Positions 10,420 through 20,799 of a DNA stretch of 64,000 nt are shown here, in pieces. The notes under the pieces were generated by a model. It saw only the letters and a list, made by a program, of their open reading frames with translations. It did not search any database and was not told the DNA's origin. Positions within the stretch are counted from its first letter, which is position 1. Each line of letters opens with the position of its first letter. The stretch is taken from the IMG/VR virus record IMGVR_UViG_3300021964_000014; one strand, written 5' to 3'. Made by a program: the position numbers and the translations under genes. This stretch comes from a virus.

Positions 10420-13400
10420 TTATGGACTTGAGAAGCCTCCTCCGCCAGAAGCAGAACTAGGGCCTTGGAATACCGGAAATGAATCTAGTGTTATACTTTG
10501 GTACACTAGGGCTACTGTACCGGTTCTGTTTTGTGTTGTACTTGGATTAGTATCAACTAATGCATTTATTGAGGTATCGTCTCCTGTGCCGGATGCTCCA
10601 CTTATACCTATCCAGGTTGGTTTAGTAATTTGCCAGCCTAAGTTATTTGGAGTAACATTAACTGACATAATAAATCCTTGTCCATTGCCGCTCAAGCTCA
10701 GGGTAGGATTAGGTGTTGTGGTGACCGAAATATCACCGCTCAATGCAGTGTATGAGTTAGTATCGGTAACGTTACTACTTTGATTATTAACATTATCTTT
10801 TGCGTAAACTGTAGCTGTTACAGTCCCTGAGTTCATGCTGTGTTGATTAGCTATTATAGCTATATTCTTAAAAGTTACACCGCTATAGGATACGGTTCCA
10901 TTTACAGAACCTCCTCCAGTAGATGCTAGATTCCAATAGATTATCCCTGAGCTGCTTAGCCCTTCTACTTTTAGGTAAAAGTTACCTGTGTTATTAGTGG
11001 TTTCGTCTAAAGAGTAACCTGAGTTTTTAAACTTCACAGAGGTTAGTGTAGGTGCTGTAGTATCTTTCACTAGGTTGAGAGAGGAACCAAAAATACTTGC
11101 AGCAGTTGCTAGTGAGCCTGTTTGGGCGCCATCTGCTAGTCTTACGTTGAGTAGTAGGGTACCATCAGAGTTAATGTCTGATGCATCAATTGAAATAGAT
11201 TGAGTGGCTGAATTAGTAATAGTTCCTGTGGATGTGTTACTGCTAAATGTTCCACTTAATGATGCTGAAGCAAAATAAGTTGTACCTATTTCTCCTCCGT
11301 AAATGTTAGCACTTAAAGTTGTATCATTTGTTGATGCGTTTACATAAGCAGGGAATTGGGTCCATGAAGTTGTATAGCCAGAAGGTGCTACATTATCAAA
11401 AGTACTACAGTCAGTTTGGGCTAATACCTGCCCTTTAGTCACACCTGGGCTGTCAATCTGTATAACCCTGTTAAATCCTGATATATGCCACCAATTGTCT
11501 CCTCCGTCTAGGGTATTAGCACCTGCAGAGTCTGTGTATATCATATCCCCAATAGTAGGTATCGTGCCTGTACCACTGTGGTAAAAAGTTGTTGTTGCCC
11601 CACTTACTTGACAAGCTAATGAATCTGTGCTTCCCGTGGTTTGGTACATACTAAAGTTCTTTAGTGAAGCTACATCTAAAGGAACACCTACTACGTTATA
11701 AGTAAGGACAGGGGGTTTTTGTTTTTTAAATATATTTTCTATATTCAGTTCCCCATTAGTAATAGTAAGAGTACTACCTCCTAGTTCTCCGTTATATTGA
11801 GGAGATTCATCATCTACCGATCTTACTAAAGAGCCTGATTTTGTTTCTACAGTTATGTTGTGTATTGTAGAGCTTTCTAAAGATGCACTTCTATAAACTT
11901 GAGCTCCTTGTTTCTCAAGTTGGGTGGTATAGTAGGCTCCTCCATGTGAGCCGGTAAAGAATGCTGTGTCTATGCTAGCAGAATAGTTAGGTTCAGTAGC
12001 TGTTACTATTGGTGATTTTACTTTAGACCTGTCTAAGATATGAGGTTTAATTATTATACCTGTATCAACTGATGCTCTAGCAGGTACAAAATCTCTAACC
12101 ATTTTAAAGAGAACATTATCAAAAAATTTGAATATTCTAACAAAATCATTTAATTCAAACCTTTGTACAGAACTCAATAATACTCGTTCAGCTTCTTTAT
12201 TAAGAGAAATATAAGAACTACTATTTAATTCTCTTGGGTCTCCAATATAATCGTCTATATTAAAGTTAGTAGGTAGTTGAGAAAGAATGTAGGTATTAAT
12301 ACTATCTGAAGGTGAAAAACCTACCTCCAGTCTATGGAAGTCTTTTGTCCTTTCAACTTCTTTTTTCTGAATTGATACATCCTTACTTAGCACTTTTCCT
12401 ACAGAACCGCTTGCTCTAGTTTCTATACGTACTTTAGAAACCGAGGTAGTGTGTTCTTTTTCTTCTGCTACAAATTTACTTTCCCCTACTGTTTGACCTC
12501 CGTATTGCTTAATTTTAAGAAAGTCTGATGGGATACCAAAGCAATTAACAAGTGCTCTTAATCCTCTTTCTGTTCCTTTAGTTTTAGATAAAAAAGGTAA
12601 ATTATGGTATATTCTTTTATAGACTTCTCCTTCGTAGTCTTTTGTGGATAACGGCTGTGCGTCTGCAGGTAAATCGCTGACAGTAACGAAGTTATTTACG
12701 ACCTCATTAAAACTTCCGCTATCGTAACTTTCACCTATGAGGTACTTAAAGAGGTTATTTGAACTCTCTGCTGAGTTATGTAGCTTTACTCCGAAACTTT
12801 TTAACACTTCTTGTACTAGGTCTTTAGAAATCCCAACATCTACCCTATTGTCGTTATTATATTTATCAGTTATAGCTTTACTATAAATCCATAAATTGTC
12901 AAAGTGGTGACCAATCATATGTGCAAATAAGACACCGTTAGTGTTGTTACTATCTTCTGAGATAAAACTAGGTAAGGTTGCGCTTAAAAGATCATAGTTA
13001 GAGGTGTCGTAGTTTGATGCACTAGTTAGTTGGTTAGCGTACCAGCTTACTGCTTCTGATGATGTAGAGTGTAGGTTTATATGTGGCTTAGTTGTTGTAC
13101 TTTTAGGCCAGGAGTAGGAACCGCTAGAGTAGTATAAATGTCTTTCATAGTGATCAAAATTACTAACTACTCCTCGTATAAGGCTGTTGTAGTTGCTAGC
13201 GCTACCAGAAGAGTTATTGCTAACTGTATTAACTGAATCTAAACTTGCTTGGTACGTTTCTAACAATCGTAATTTGTATCGAAAGTTTTTCAACCTTTCC
13301 TCAGCAGAAGAGAAGTTGATAAAGTTACTATAGTTAGTGTAGTCTACGTTTATCTGTACACTGTTGTCCTGTATTAAGGATAGTATTTCTCTATTACTGT

Positions 13401-14208
13401 TTTCTGAGTTATAACTAAATAATTCATTGTAGTTGAAGTATTCAGTAGGAGTTGATGATTTAGTATCGGTATCAATATTAAAATTAGCTTGTCTAAGTTT
13501 AGAAAATACTTCTACATCATCATACTCTACTTCTGTGTCAATAATAACAGCAATAGAATCACTAACTTTCTCTACTACCTGTACAACTGCTTTTTTATTG
13601 TGCTTTGATGGAAGGGGTTCGTATAACTTTACAGCTATACCAAACTTACCGTTTATTTCTATACTGTTTATATTGGTAATAATATAAAGGTCGTTGTCTC
13701 CAAAGTTTAACCAAAGCTCTTCAAAATACCCTTCTACAGTTAAATCATCTTTTAATGCTTCTGTGATATTAACTATGTCGTTTTTATCTAAGTTATTAGA
13801 GTATAAAAACAGCTCTGTTCTATCGGCAGCTATATCTTGAACGAAAAAGTTTTCTTTTTGTTTACCCTCACTATATACATCATCTAAGAAATGGAATACC
13901 ATTTTTAGATCTACATTAGAAAATCCTTCTTTAACAGCTATTTCATCAGGTTTGATATATATTTGACCTGCTGAACCGTCTTCTAAATCTACATTGTCTG
14001 CATCTAAAGATAAAGGGTAGTCGTATAGAGAGTAGAGTTTTTCATTGTTGATACTATAGAAATGAGACTCTATGAAGTTAGTTTCAAAATCGAATGTTCT
14101 ATTTACTTCAAAATTATCAATAAGCTTCATATCAGAAGATGAGTACGTTTCATTCTCTGGTATAGTGTTTAGCTTTGTGTCTAATATTTGATATGTAACT
14201 TTAGCCAT
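10420..14208 (-). CDS. Large baseplate wedge-type protein with C-terminal Ig-like and BACON-like domains
   Basis: KTKGTERGLRAL..FG and VRDFVPAR..TGIII motifs of baseplate wedge proteins; C-terminal W..T.PTW....SGTG....V..N....RTGTV BACON signature. Confidence 0.7.
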   Translation of the reverse strand: MAKVTYQILDTKLNTIPENETYSSSDMKLIDNFEVNRTFDFETNFIESHFYSINNEKLYSLYDYPLSLDADNVDLEDGSAGQIYIKPDEIAVKEGFSNVDLKMVFHFLDDVYSEGKQKENFFVQDIAADRTELFLYSNNLDKNDIVNITEALKDDLTVEGYFEELWLNFGDNDLYIITNINSIEINGKFGIAVKLYEPLPSKHNKKAVVQVVEKVSDSIAVIIDTEVEYDDVEVFSKLRQANFNIDTDTKSSTPTEYFNYNELFSYNSENSNREILSLIQDNSVQINVDYTNYSNFINFSSAEERLKNFRYKLRLLETYQASLDSVNTVSNNSSGSASNYNSLIRGVVSNFDHYERHLYYSSGSYSWPKSTTTKPHINLHSTSSEAVSWYANQLTSASNYDTSNYDLLSATLPSFISEDSNNTNGVLFAHMIGHHFDNLWIYSKAITDKYNNDNRVDVGISKDLVQEVLKSFGVKLHNSAESSNNLFKYLIGESYDSGSFNEVVNNFVTVSDLPADAQPLSTKDYEGEVYKRIYHNLPFLSKTKGTERGLRALVNCFGIPSDFLKIKQYGGQTVGESKFVAEEKEHTTSVSKVRIETRASGSVGKVLSKDVSIQKKEVERTKDFHRLEVGFSPSDSINTYILSQLPTNFNIDDYIGDPRELNSSSYISLNKEAERVLLSSVQRFELNDFVRIFKFFDNVLFKMVRDFVPARASVDTGIIIKPHILDRSKVKSPIVTATEPNYSASIDTAFFTGSHGGAYYTTQLEKQGAQVYRSASLESSTIHNITVETKSGSLVRSVDDESPQYNGELGGSTLTITNGELNIENIFKKQKPPVLTYNVVGVPLDVASLKNFSMYQTTGSTDSLACQVSGATTTFYHSGTGTIPTIGDMIYTDSAGANTLDGGDNWWHISGFNRVIQIDSPGVTKGQVLAQTDCSTFDNVAPSGYTTSWTQFPAYVNASTNDTTLSANIYGGEIGTTYFASASLSGTFSSNTSTGTITNSATQSISIDASDINSDGTLLLNVRLADGAQTGSLATAASIFGSSLNLVKDTTAPTLTSVKFKNSGYSLDETTNNTGNFYLKVEGLSSSGIIYWNLASTGGGSVNGTVSYSGVTFKNIAIIANQHSMNSGTVTATVYAKDNVNNQSSNVTDTNSYTALSGDISVTTTPNPTLSLSGNGQGFIMSVNVTPNNLGWQITKPTWIGISGASGTGDDTSINALVDTNPSTTQNRTGTVALVYQSITLDSFPVFQGPSSASGGGGFSSP

Positions 14209-14217
14209 ATTGTTTTA

Positions 14218-15039
14218 TTACATTTTTATTAACCTATATTGAAGTCTCTTTGCGGAGTCTAAACTAAAGTTAACTCTTTGTTTGATGGGAGTGCTATTAA
14301 GACCTTCTAATTTTATACTGCCATCGTATTCAGTATCTGGGAATAGTTGATATAGGTCTTGTATTAGTGCTTTTACCTTCTTATTATCCCTCTTATTATC
14401 TAATCTTCTTTTCTTCTTTTTTCTTCTAGCTCTAGAGCTCCAATTAATTATGGAATTCATTCTCTTTTGATCATCAACAGATACGTAAGTAGCTACTTCT
14501 TGTACTTTCCTATCTCTTTTAGCTTTTTCTTCTGCATCTGCAGCTGCTTCAGATGCCTGTGCTGCTGCATCGTTTGATGCGGATAGTGCGTCGTTAACCG
14601 ATTGTTGTGCTTCTAGGGCAGCATTTTGAGCATTTGCTGCTGCTAATTGAGCTCTTAAAGCTGCTAATTGTTCTGCACTTGAGAAGTCTAATTCTTCTCC
14701 TCCTGCTAATTGAAGTTCGAGTTCTAGGATTTGTCTGTTAGAATCTAGTAGTTGAGTTCTCAAAGAGGATATTTCGTCTAGTAAAGGCTGTATTGCATCT
14801 AGTTGGTTATCTACTGCGTATAGTTCTGAGCTTCTTTCTACTAGGTATTGGTGAGTCTGGTTAGGACCTTCTATAGCAATCTGTGCATAAAATTTTTCAT
14901 ATAGTCTAAATAACTCTTCAATAGTATCGGTATCTACCACAGGTTCAGGTTGCTTAAATACCTTAAACTGCCTGTCTATGACATCTGAATATGCTTCAGA
15001 ATTAAATACTGTCTTTACTATTTTTACTGTCTTACCCAT
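14218..15039 (-). CDS. Hypothetical coiled-coil protein in the baseplate module
   Basis: ORF with Ala/Gln-rich helical core and a basic C-terminal patch. Confidence 0.5.
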   Translation of the reverse strand: MGKTVKIVKTVFNSEAYSDVIDRQFKVFKQPEPVVDTDTIEELFRLYEKFYAQIAIEGPNQTHQYLVERSSELYAVDNQLDAIQPLLDEISSLRTQLLDSNRQILELELQLAGGEELDFSSAEQLAALRAQLAAANAQNAALEAQQSVNDALSASNDAAAQASEAAADAEEKAKRDRKVQEVATYVSVDDQKRMNSIINWSSRARRKKKKRRLDNKRDNKKVKALIQDLYQLFPDTEYDGSIKLEGLNSTPIKQRVNFSLDSAKRLQYRLIKM

Positions 15040-16135
15040 TTCTTACTACCTTGAAAGTTTGATCTGTATCTACTATAGAAGTAGAACCGTCAATCTCAGT
15101 CTTAATTAATAATCTATAATATCTTTCTGGCTGCAATCCATCCATGTAAATGTCAAAGTAGTTAGATGTATTATCAGCACTAATTTTTGTATACGTAGTA
15201 TCAAAATCAAATACCATTTCTTCAGTATTCTCATCCTTCAGTCCCCAATAGGAGGCGGTAGGTAAGGTATAGTTAACAGTGTATGCTGAAGATGTTGTGA
15301 AAGTTCTTGTTGGATATTTAGGTCTAGAATGTATTCTAAATCTTTGTTTACCTTCGTCAGTATAGTTTCCTTTATTATTCTTTATACTCACTACTACTTC
15401 TGGGTCTGTTATTTCAGTTAAACTACTTGAATGAGTGTAGTCATCCCATTTTATATCTAAACTAGGAGGGTAAATAGTGTTGGTATCGTTACCGTAATAC
15501 TTTAATCTAACAGAAGCTGATAAATTATTTTCAAGATTGTTAGGAAGTTTTAGTATAAATCCATTATTTGGTAAACTACCACTGTAGTGTTTAAGTACTG
15601 CATCAGAGATGTTAATATTTAAATCATAGTCTGAGTTCTTATTAAAGGCTTGAGAGGCTTCTAGTGTACCGTCTGCAGAAGCTGTGTACCATGTTCCTCC
15701 TCCCATAGTATCTGATTCAAAAGAAGCAGTTACGTATGTTGTAAAACTACCAGTCTTCCAGTGATCTGCAGCACCTGCATTCCTATAGTTCCAGCTACAT
15801 CCTGTTTTATTTGTAGGAGTATCTCCGAACTTGCCAGTTCCTTCATCCCATGATTCAGCTAAAGGGTAGCAGTTAATATTAAACTCAATAGGTAGTTCGT
15901 TAGCATAGTTAAGGTACATATGTAAGTCAGTTCTTACAGTACCGCCGCCAGCTTTATTATTGATTATATCTTGTATTTCAGTTGTGTCAAACTGTATTAA
16001 TGTTCTTAATGTTTGACCACCAGCTGATGTGTGATAGCCTCCAACCTCTAATAGTTCATCTCTACCGTTATTAGCTAGTTGCTTTTCAGTATAGATAAAT
16101 GAATCTTTTGAACTAAATAATTTATATATTGCCAT
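15032..16135 (-). CDS. Virion structural protein (DNRLRE/CBM-like beta domain)
   Basis: KDSFIY..NNGRDELLE..RTLIQFD..ESWDEGTG..W..NNGFILK..YPPSL motif series. Confidence 0.55.
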   Translation of the reverse strand: MAIYKLFSSKDSFIYTEKQLANNGRDELLEVGGYHTSAGGQTLRTLIQFDTTEIQDIINNKAGGGTVRTDLHMYLNYANELPIEFNINCYPLAESWDEGTGKFGDTPTNKTGCSWNYRNAGAADHWKTGSFTTYVTASFESDTMGGGTWYTASADGTLEASQAFNKNSDYDLNINISDAVLKHYSGSLPNNGFILKLPNNLENNLSASVRLKYYGNDTNTIYPPSLDIKWDDYTHSSSLTEITDPEVVVSIKNNKGNYTDEGKQRFRIHSRPKYPTRTFTTSSAYTVNYTLPTASYWGLKDENTEEMVFDFDTTYTKISADNTSNYFDIYMDGLQPERYYRLLIKTEIDGSTSIVDTDQTFKVVRNG

Positions 16136-16136
16136 C

Positions 16137-17936
16137 TTATAATGTTGTTACTCTTCCTTGTATATCACTGTTAGGGTATTTTACTTCAAATATCATAGGA
16201 TCTAAAGAAGGGTAAACAATGTTACTTTTAGTTGCTCCTTCTATATCATAATCAAACTCAGAGTAGTTTCCTCCTACTTTAGTATTTAATTTTATATTTT
16301 GTACAGTTTGTACCCCTTTTACTCTATCTAATAGTGTATAAAGAGAAGAAAGGTTTATTGGTTGATTTATACTTCTTTTATCTATATTGAAAAAAGATTT
16401 TAATTCATTATTACACCTTAGTAGTACATCTCTAGAATTAAAATTAGGTAATGTAATAATATCAAACTTAACTCCTATATTAATAACAAATGCATCTTTT
16501 ATAGTTATACTATCAGTAAGCATCATAAACTGTGATATATGTGTTTTAAGGTTGTTTTTAAGTTCGGTTGAGCTTTGTATTAGGTGTTTATTATTATCGT
16601 ATGATAGTACGTACATGCTTACCCCTAGAGGGTTACTTTCTTTATAGTCTGCCGGTTTTACTGTGTCGTCTGTGGTTACGAATGTTTTTGCAATTGAACC
16701 CATTGTAGGAGGTAGAGTCATTGCTCTAAATGCGTAATCTTGCTTTGTAACAACTCTTCCCTGTTCAGCGAATGCTCTTAAAGAGTTCTGTCTTAGCTCT
16801 TCCACTGTGTCTCCGTCTTTTCCTCCCGTGGCTCCTTTATTATTGTTTACTGTTAAGGTAGATTGATACGTTGTATCTGTAGCTGTTGAAGAGACGTTTT
16901 TTAATCCAACTATAGTGTTCGCTTCTACGTTTGATGCAATTCCTCCTCCTTTTAAGTAACGTATAGTTAGTGTTGTGTTAGAGGGAGCGTTACCGTAAGA
17001 TTCTGAGAATAAAAAATTAGATGGATCATATGCGTGATCTGTTCTACGTATTCCTGCGTTAGTGCCGGATCCTACATTGGTTGGGTTAGGTAGAAAGGTG
17101 TCGTCATTTGTGCTTGACATCCCTGCCCCGAACTGTATCTGTAATTTTCCTGTGGAGGTAAATCTACTTACAAACCTGTTGGGTACGTTTTGAAGAGAAA
17201 GTAAGTAGGGTACTTTGTCTGCATTAGAGCCTCCGTTTATACTTTCAACGTATACGGTGTCTTGTCCTAAGAAAGGAACCTCGTACCAGGTGTTACCGCT
17301 ACTGTCTACTATGTCTAGAATTCCAATTATATCAGTATCGTCTATATCTAGGGTAAGAAATTTAGAAGAAGCTCCTATAGTTTCTAGTTTTGTGACTACT
17401 GATCCTGCTTTAGCTTTAGCTCTTTTAGTAAGTAAGTATTCTGCCGGTTGGTTGTTATTAATGCTGTAGATAGTTATGTCGGTAGGGTCATAGGAGCTCG
17501 AAAAGCTAAAGTCTACCCTATCATCAATAATAAACTCATAGTCACCTGCGGCTACTGTAGCTCCGCTGCTTATATTAAGTGCTTGATCCCAGTTAGGTAG
17601 AAACTCAGAACCGGTTGCAGCAACTCTTTGAGTAAACTGCACTTCAACTGTTGATGCTGTTGTTACCTTGGGAGTGTATCCCATCATGTACGCTAACGAA
17701 TATAGGTTCCCGGGATCTTGTGCGTACTGTAGTAGAGTTTCTTGGAGTTGACTATCTTGATAAAATGATAGTATATCTCCTACATATGCAGCCATTTCTA
17801 CAAACATCATTCCCGGTGATGTAGGGGAGAAATCGTTATAAGTATCAGGGTAGTAGTTTTTAGCGAATTCTACTAGTTGACTTCTCAAGTTTGAAAAGTT
17901 TTTATCTGTATACTTTATTGTTACGTTTTGAGCCAT
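16137..17936 (-). CDS. Baseplate wedge subunit (T4 gp6 / baseplate J-like)
   Basis: EMAAYVGDILSFYQD, IQFG.G, GGKDGDTVEELR, QGRVVTKQDY motifs. Confidence 0.9.
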   Translation of the reverse strand: MAQNVTIKYTDKNFSNLRSQLVEFAKNYYPDTYNDFSPTSPGMMFVEMAAYVGDILSFYQDSQLQETLLQYAQDPGNLYSLAYMMGYTPKVTTASTVEVQFTQRVAATGSEFLPNWDQALNISSGATVAAGDYEFIIDDRVDFSFSSSYDPTDITIYSINNNQPAEYLLTKRAKAKAGSVVTKLETIGASSKFLTLDIDDTDIIGILDIVDSSGNTWYEVPFLGQDTVYVESINGGSNADKVPYLLSLQNVPNRFVSRFTSTGKLQIQFGAGMSSTNDDTFLPNPTNVGSGTNAGIRRTDHAYDPSNFLFSESYGNAPSNTTLTIRYLKGGGIASNVEANTIVGLKNVSSTATDTTYQSTLTVNNNKGATGGKDGDTVEELRQNSLRAFAEQGRVVTKQDYAFRAMTLPPTMGSIAKTFVTTDDTVKPADYKESNPLGVSMYVLSYDNNKHLIQSSTELKNNLKTHISQFMMLTDSITIKDAFVINIGVKFDIITLPNFNSRDVLLRCNNELKSFFNIDKRSINQPINLSSLYTLLDRVKGVQTVQNIKLNTKVGGNYSEFDYDIEGATKSNIVYPSLDPMIFEVKYPNSDIQGRVTTL

Positions 17937-18343
17937 TATTCAAAATTAATAGTTAGTTCGTCCTCAGTTTGAGTATTTTTTATTTGGTAACGTAAGGAGA
18001 AAGTAACGAGATTACTATCTTCTTTTCTATCAATATTAATTTCACTTATACTTAAAGATGGAAAATAGCTTCTCAAAGCATCTCTTAATATAAACTCTAC
18101 TGTATCAGTAGTGCTTCGGTTAATATTCTCAAAAATAAGATTCCTAATCCCGGAGCCAAATGTTGGGTTCATGTACCTCTCTCCTTTACCGGTTAGTATA
18201 AAGTTAATTAAGTTTGACTTTATAGCTTCCTTAGTTTCATAGGTAGAATTAAATACAGCTTTACCAGAAAAAGGTAGAGCTACCCCTACCGCTTTTCTTG
18301 GCTCTAAGTCAATTGGTTCTATTCTTTTAGCTTCAAATGCCAT
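17936..18343 (-). CDS. Baseplate wedge / sheath initiator (T4 gp25, GPW/gp25 family)
   Basis: AIKSNLINFILTGKGERYMNPTFGSGIRNLIFE motif next to the gp6-like gene. Confidence 0.9.
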   Translation of the reverse strand: MAFEAKRIEPIDLEPRKAVGVALPFSGKAVFNSTYETKEAIKSNLINFILTGKGERYMNPTFGSGIRNLIFENINRSTTDTVEFILRDALRSYFPSLSISEINIDRKEDSNLVTFSLRYQIKNTQTEDELTINFE

Positions 18344-18344
18344 A

Positions 18345-18785
18345 CTATATTAAACCTGCTTTTTGTTTATCTTTTTCTTCAGAAGCTTTCAATACAGCTC
18401 CTGCTTTTTTTACAAAATCTAAATTAGAGATGTCTAAACCTGGTTGTTGTCCTGCTCCTCTACCCATTTGAGTAGCCATAGTAGATGCCATATTAGGCAT
18501 TCCTGTTACCATGTCAGAAGTACCAGAGAATACATTTTTGTATTCTTCGTTAGTCATATTACTTTTTGTCATCTCTAACATCTGTTCAATTGATGTTTTA
18601 CCCATTTGTGGGTTCATCTTTGTTGGAGTTGCTGGTTTAGCAACTACTTGTTTGTATTCGGTAGCTACCTTTACATTAGGGGTGCTAGCGGCTCTAACTG
18701 CTTCGTTCATTACATCTTGTAACTCTTCCTTCACAGCTGATCTGACTTCTTCACGAATAATTTTACGTAATTGATCTAGTTTCAT
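18345..18785 (-). CDS. Late protein, probable internal head protein
   Basis: MKLDQLRKIIREEV..VKEE..VMNE leader with repeated [ILV]xE sites; TATTTATT at 18789-18796. Confidence 0.45.
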   Translation of the reverse strand: MKLDQLRKIIREEVRSAVKEELQDVMNEAVRAASTPNVKVATEYKQVVAKPATPTKMNPQMGKTSIEQMLEMTKSNMTNEEYKNVFSGTSDMVTGMPNMASTMATQMGRGAGQQPGLDISNLDFVKKAGAVLKASEEKDKQKAGLI

Positions 18786-18802
18786 ATTAATAAATAGTTA
18801 AG

Positions 18803-19618
18803 TTATGGAAGTTGATTGTTAATTCTAAATTTTATTTCATCTATTAGTATTCTAGTAGATGAGCTGAATGATGAAGGTCCTTTCATAAGTACAACTCCGC
18901 TTTCATTTTCAACTTGTGCAAACCTTCTTTTAGCAAAGGTTGGTGAATTAGGATCTTCAACAATTGTTATTGTATAATTCTTATAAGAAAATACATTATC
19001 TTCTGAATCGCCACCTTTAGCTAATGCAAGATTAGAGGGTAGATTATCTATAGAGGATAAGATTCTGTTTCTATCTTCCTCATTCATTTGTTCTACACAG
19101 GAGGCTAGTTTTATATCTATACTCTGTAGTTTGGCTAATAGAGGGTCTATCTTACTAAATGTAAGATTGGCTAGTGATCTAATAGCTTCTACGTCGCTAG
19201 ATAAGTTTTCTACTATCATACATGATATTCTCAATAAATCAGCATATCTATTCTGTACACCTATCGGTATAGAAAATATAACACCAATTGGACCAGGTCC
19301 ACCTATGGTGGTTGGAATTGGGATAGTCTGTAGGATAGTCACTACAACTCTAGCAGATTCTATTGGAGGTTCCATTTGATCTGCTATTCTTTTTACTGGT
19401 TCTACCTTCTTTTTAAGTCCTAGTATCATATTAACCAGATTGTCTCTTATCTGTAGTATTCTTTCTATTTCTTCTACAGGAGGGCATACTTGACCAAGTA
19501 GCTTTTCTACGATTTTATTTACTTCTTCATTAACCTTGTTTATCACATACGCTTCTGCTTTCGCAAGAAGTTTTGCAATAAAGGCGGATAGTTCGGAAGG
19601 TGGGATTCTACAAGGCAT
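18803..19618 (-). CDS. Hypothetical baseplate-hub-associated helical protein
   Basis: Coupled to the gp5-like gene; central hydrophobic PIP..GGPG hairpin. Confidence 0.5.
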   Translation of the reverse strand: MPCRIPPSELSAFIAKLLAKAEAYVINKVNEEVNKIVEKLLGQVCPPVEEIERILQIRDNLVNMILGLKKKVEPVKRIADQMEPPIESARVVVTILQTIPIPTTIGGPGPIGVIFSIPIGVQNRYADLLRISCMIVENLSSDVEAIRSLANLTFSKIDPLLAKLQSIDIKLASCVEQMNEEDRNRILSSIDNLPSNLALAKGGDSEDNVFSYKNYTITIVEDPNSPTFAKRRFAQVENESGVVLMKGPSSFSSSTRILIDEIKFRINNQLP

Positions 19619-20799
19619 TATTCAACAAATATTTTTTTAGATTTTAAAGCACTAGTTCCTTTTGGATTCAAATCACTTCTTTTTTGCTTCAATACGTCGG
19701 CTACTACATACCCTTCTTTATTGGCCAATGGTATTTTATCTCCTTTTATAGTCGTTGCTTTACCTATAGCTGTTGCTAGTGATATCATTTGGTCTAAAAC
19801 ATCTACTAAAAACTGTTCCATTCTATGTCCCAATACCATTGGTTGTTTTGCTGCACCTTCGTTTATTCTTGCTTTGCTTCCTAAATACATTTTATCAGCA
19901 TCTAGGCATAAGTAATCTGTACTATCTATGTTTACAGAAGTTCCATTTATACCTACTGATTCAGCACTTGAAATTAACACGTCGCTTAGTTTAGAGTTTA
20001 TAGTTACCCTGTTACTGTTGAAGAGTAATTGCGCTCCTTTATAGCTAGACGGTAAATCTGGTATAGAGTTGTATGAATCTCTTTTATCGTTAGATAGGGT
20101 TAATGGTATTATATGATCTGTGGTCATGTATATAGAGCTCATATCATTATCTACATCTTCAAATATAGGTAGAAATCCTCTCTCTACTTCTTTTTGACCA
20201 GCTCTTAATATTAATAGGGGTTTATTAATGTTACTATCGTCAGACCAGGGACTGTCTTTAACAACACCTCCACCTAATCTGATAGACTGACCTAGTCTAC
20301 CTTGAATTAAGGTATCGCCGGGTGTGATTTGAAGAGGTGCAAGTGTACTGGCTTCTGTTATACCCTCTCCTAGAGCTACATCGGGCGATTTTGCAGCAGG
20401 TGGGAATGCTCCATGATGTGGATTATTCCATATAGAGTAGACTGTTGTATAATATTTTCTATTAGTCCCGAAATTCTTAGTAATGTTTTGATCAGGGCCG
20501 TCTACTAATATTACGATTTCGTTTTTTAACGGAATTGTGCAATTACCTATATTAGAAGGGTATGCTATACCGGTGGATGTTTCTTCTTGTGTGTCTGAGT
20601 CTGCTGCATTAGAGTTAAACTCTATATACTTTATCACGCCCATAGCACTAGGTCCACCGTAAGTGTTCCAGTCAGGGTGGTGCTTGTCTAGTATTACATC
20701 TATAACACGAACAGGTTCTTGAAGTTTACTATTAGTGAAGTCCTCTCTTCTAATACCCGGTGTTGACTCTGTTCTAAAATTATAGTCTAAAAAACTCAT
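19618..20799 (-). CDS. Baseplate hub/central spike protein (gp5/VgrG-like)
   Basis: N-terminal OB-fold (PLKNEIV), GDTLIQGRLGQSIRLG, beta-helix-like repeats, QPMVLG near the C-terminus. Confidence 0.7.
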   Translation of the reverse strand: MSFLDYNFRTESTPGIRREDFTNSKLQEPVRVIDVILDKHHPDWNTYGGPSAMGVIKYIEFNSNAADSDTQEETSTGIAYPSNIGNCTIPLKNEIVILVDGPDQNITKNFGTNRKYYTTVYSIWNNPHHGAFPPAAKSPDVALGEGITEASTLAPLQITPGDTLIQGRLGQSIRLGGGVVKDSPWSDDSNINKPLLILRAGQKEVERGFLPIFEDVDNDMSSIYMTTDHIIPLTLSNDKRDSYNSIPDLPSSYKGAQLLFNSNRVTINSKLSDVLISSAESVGINGTSVNIDSTDYLCLDADKMYLGSKARINEGAAKQPMVLGHRMEQFLVDVLDQMISLATAIGKATTIKGDKIPLANKEGYVVADVLKQKRSDLNPKGTSALKSKKIFVE

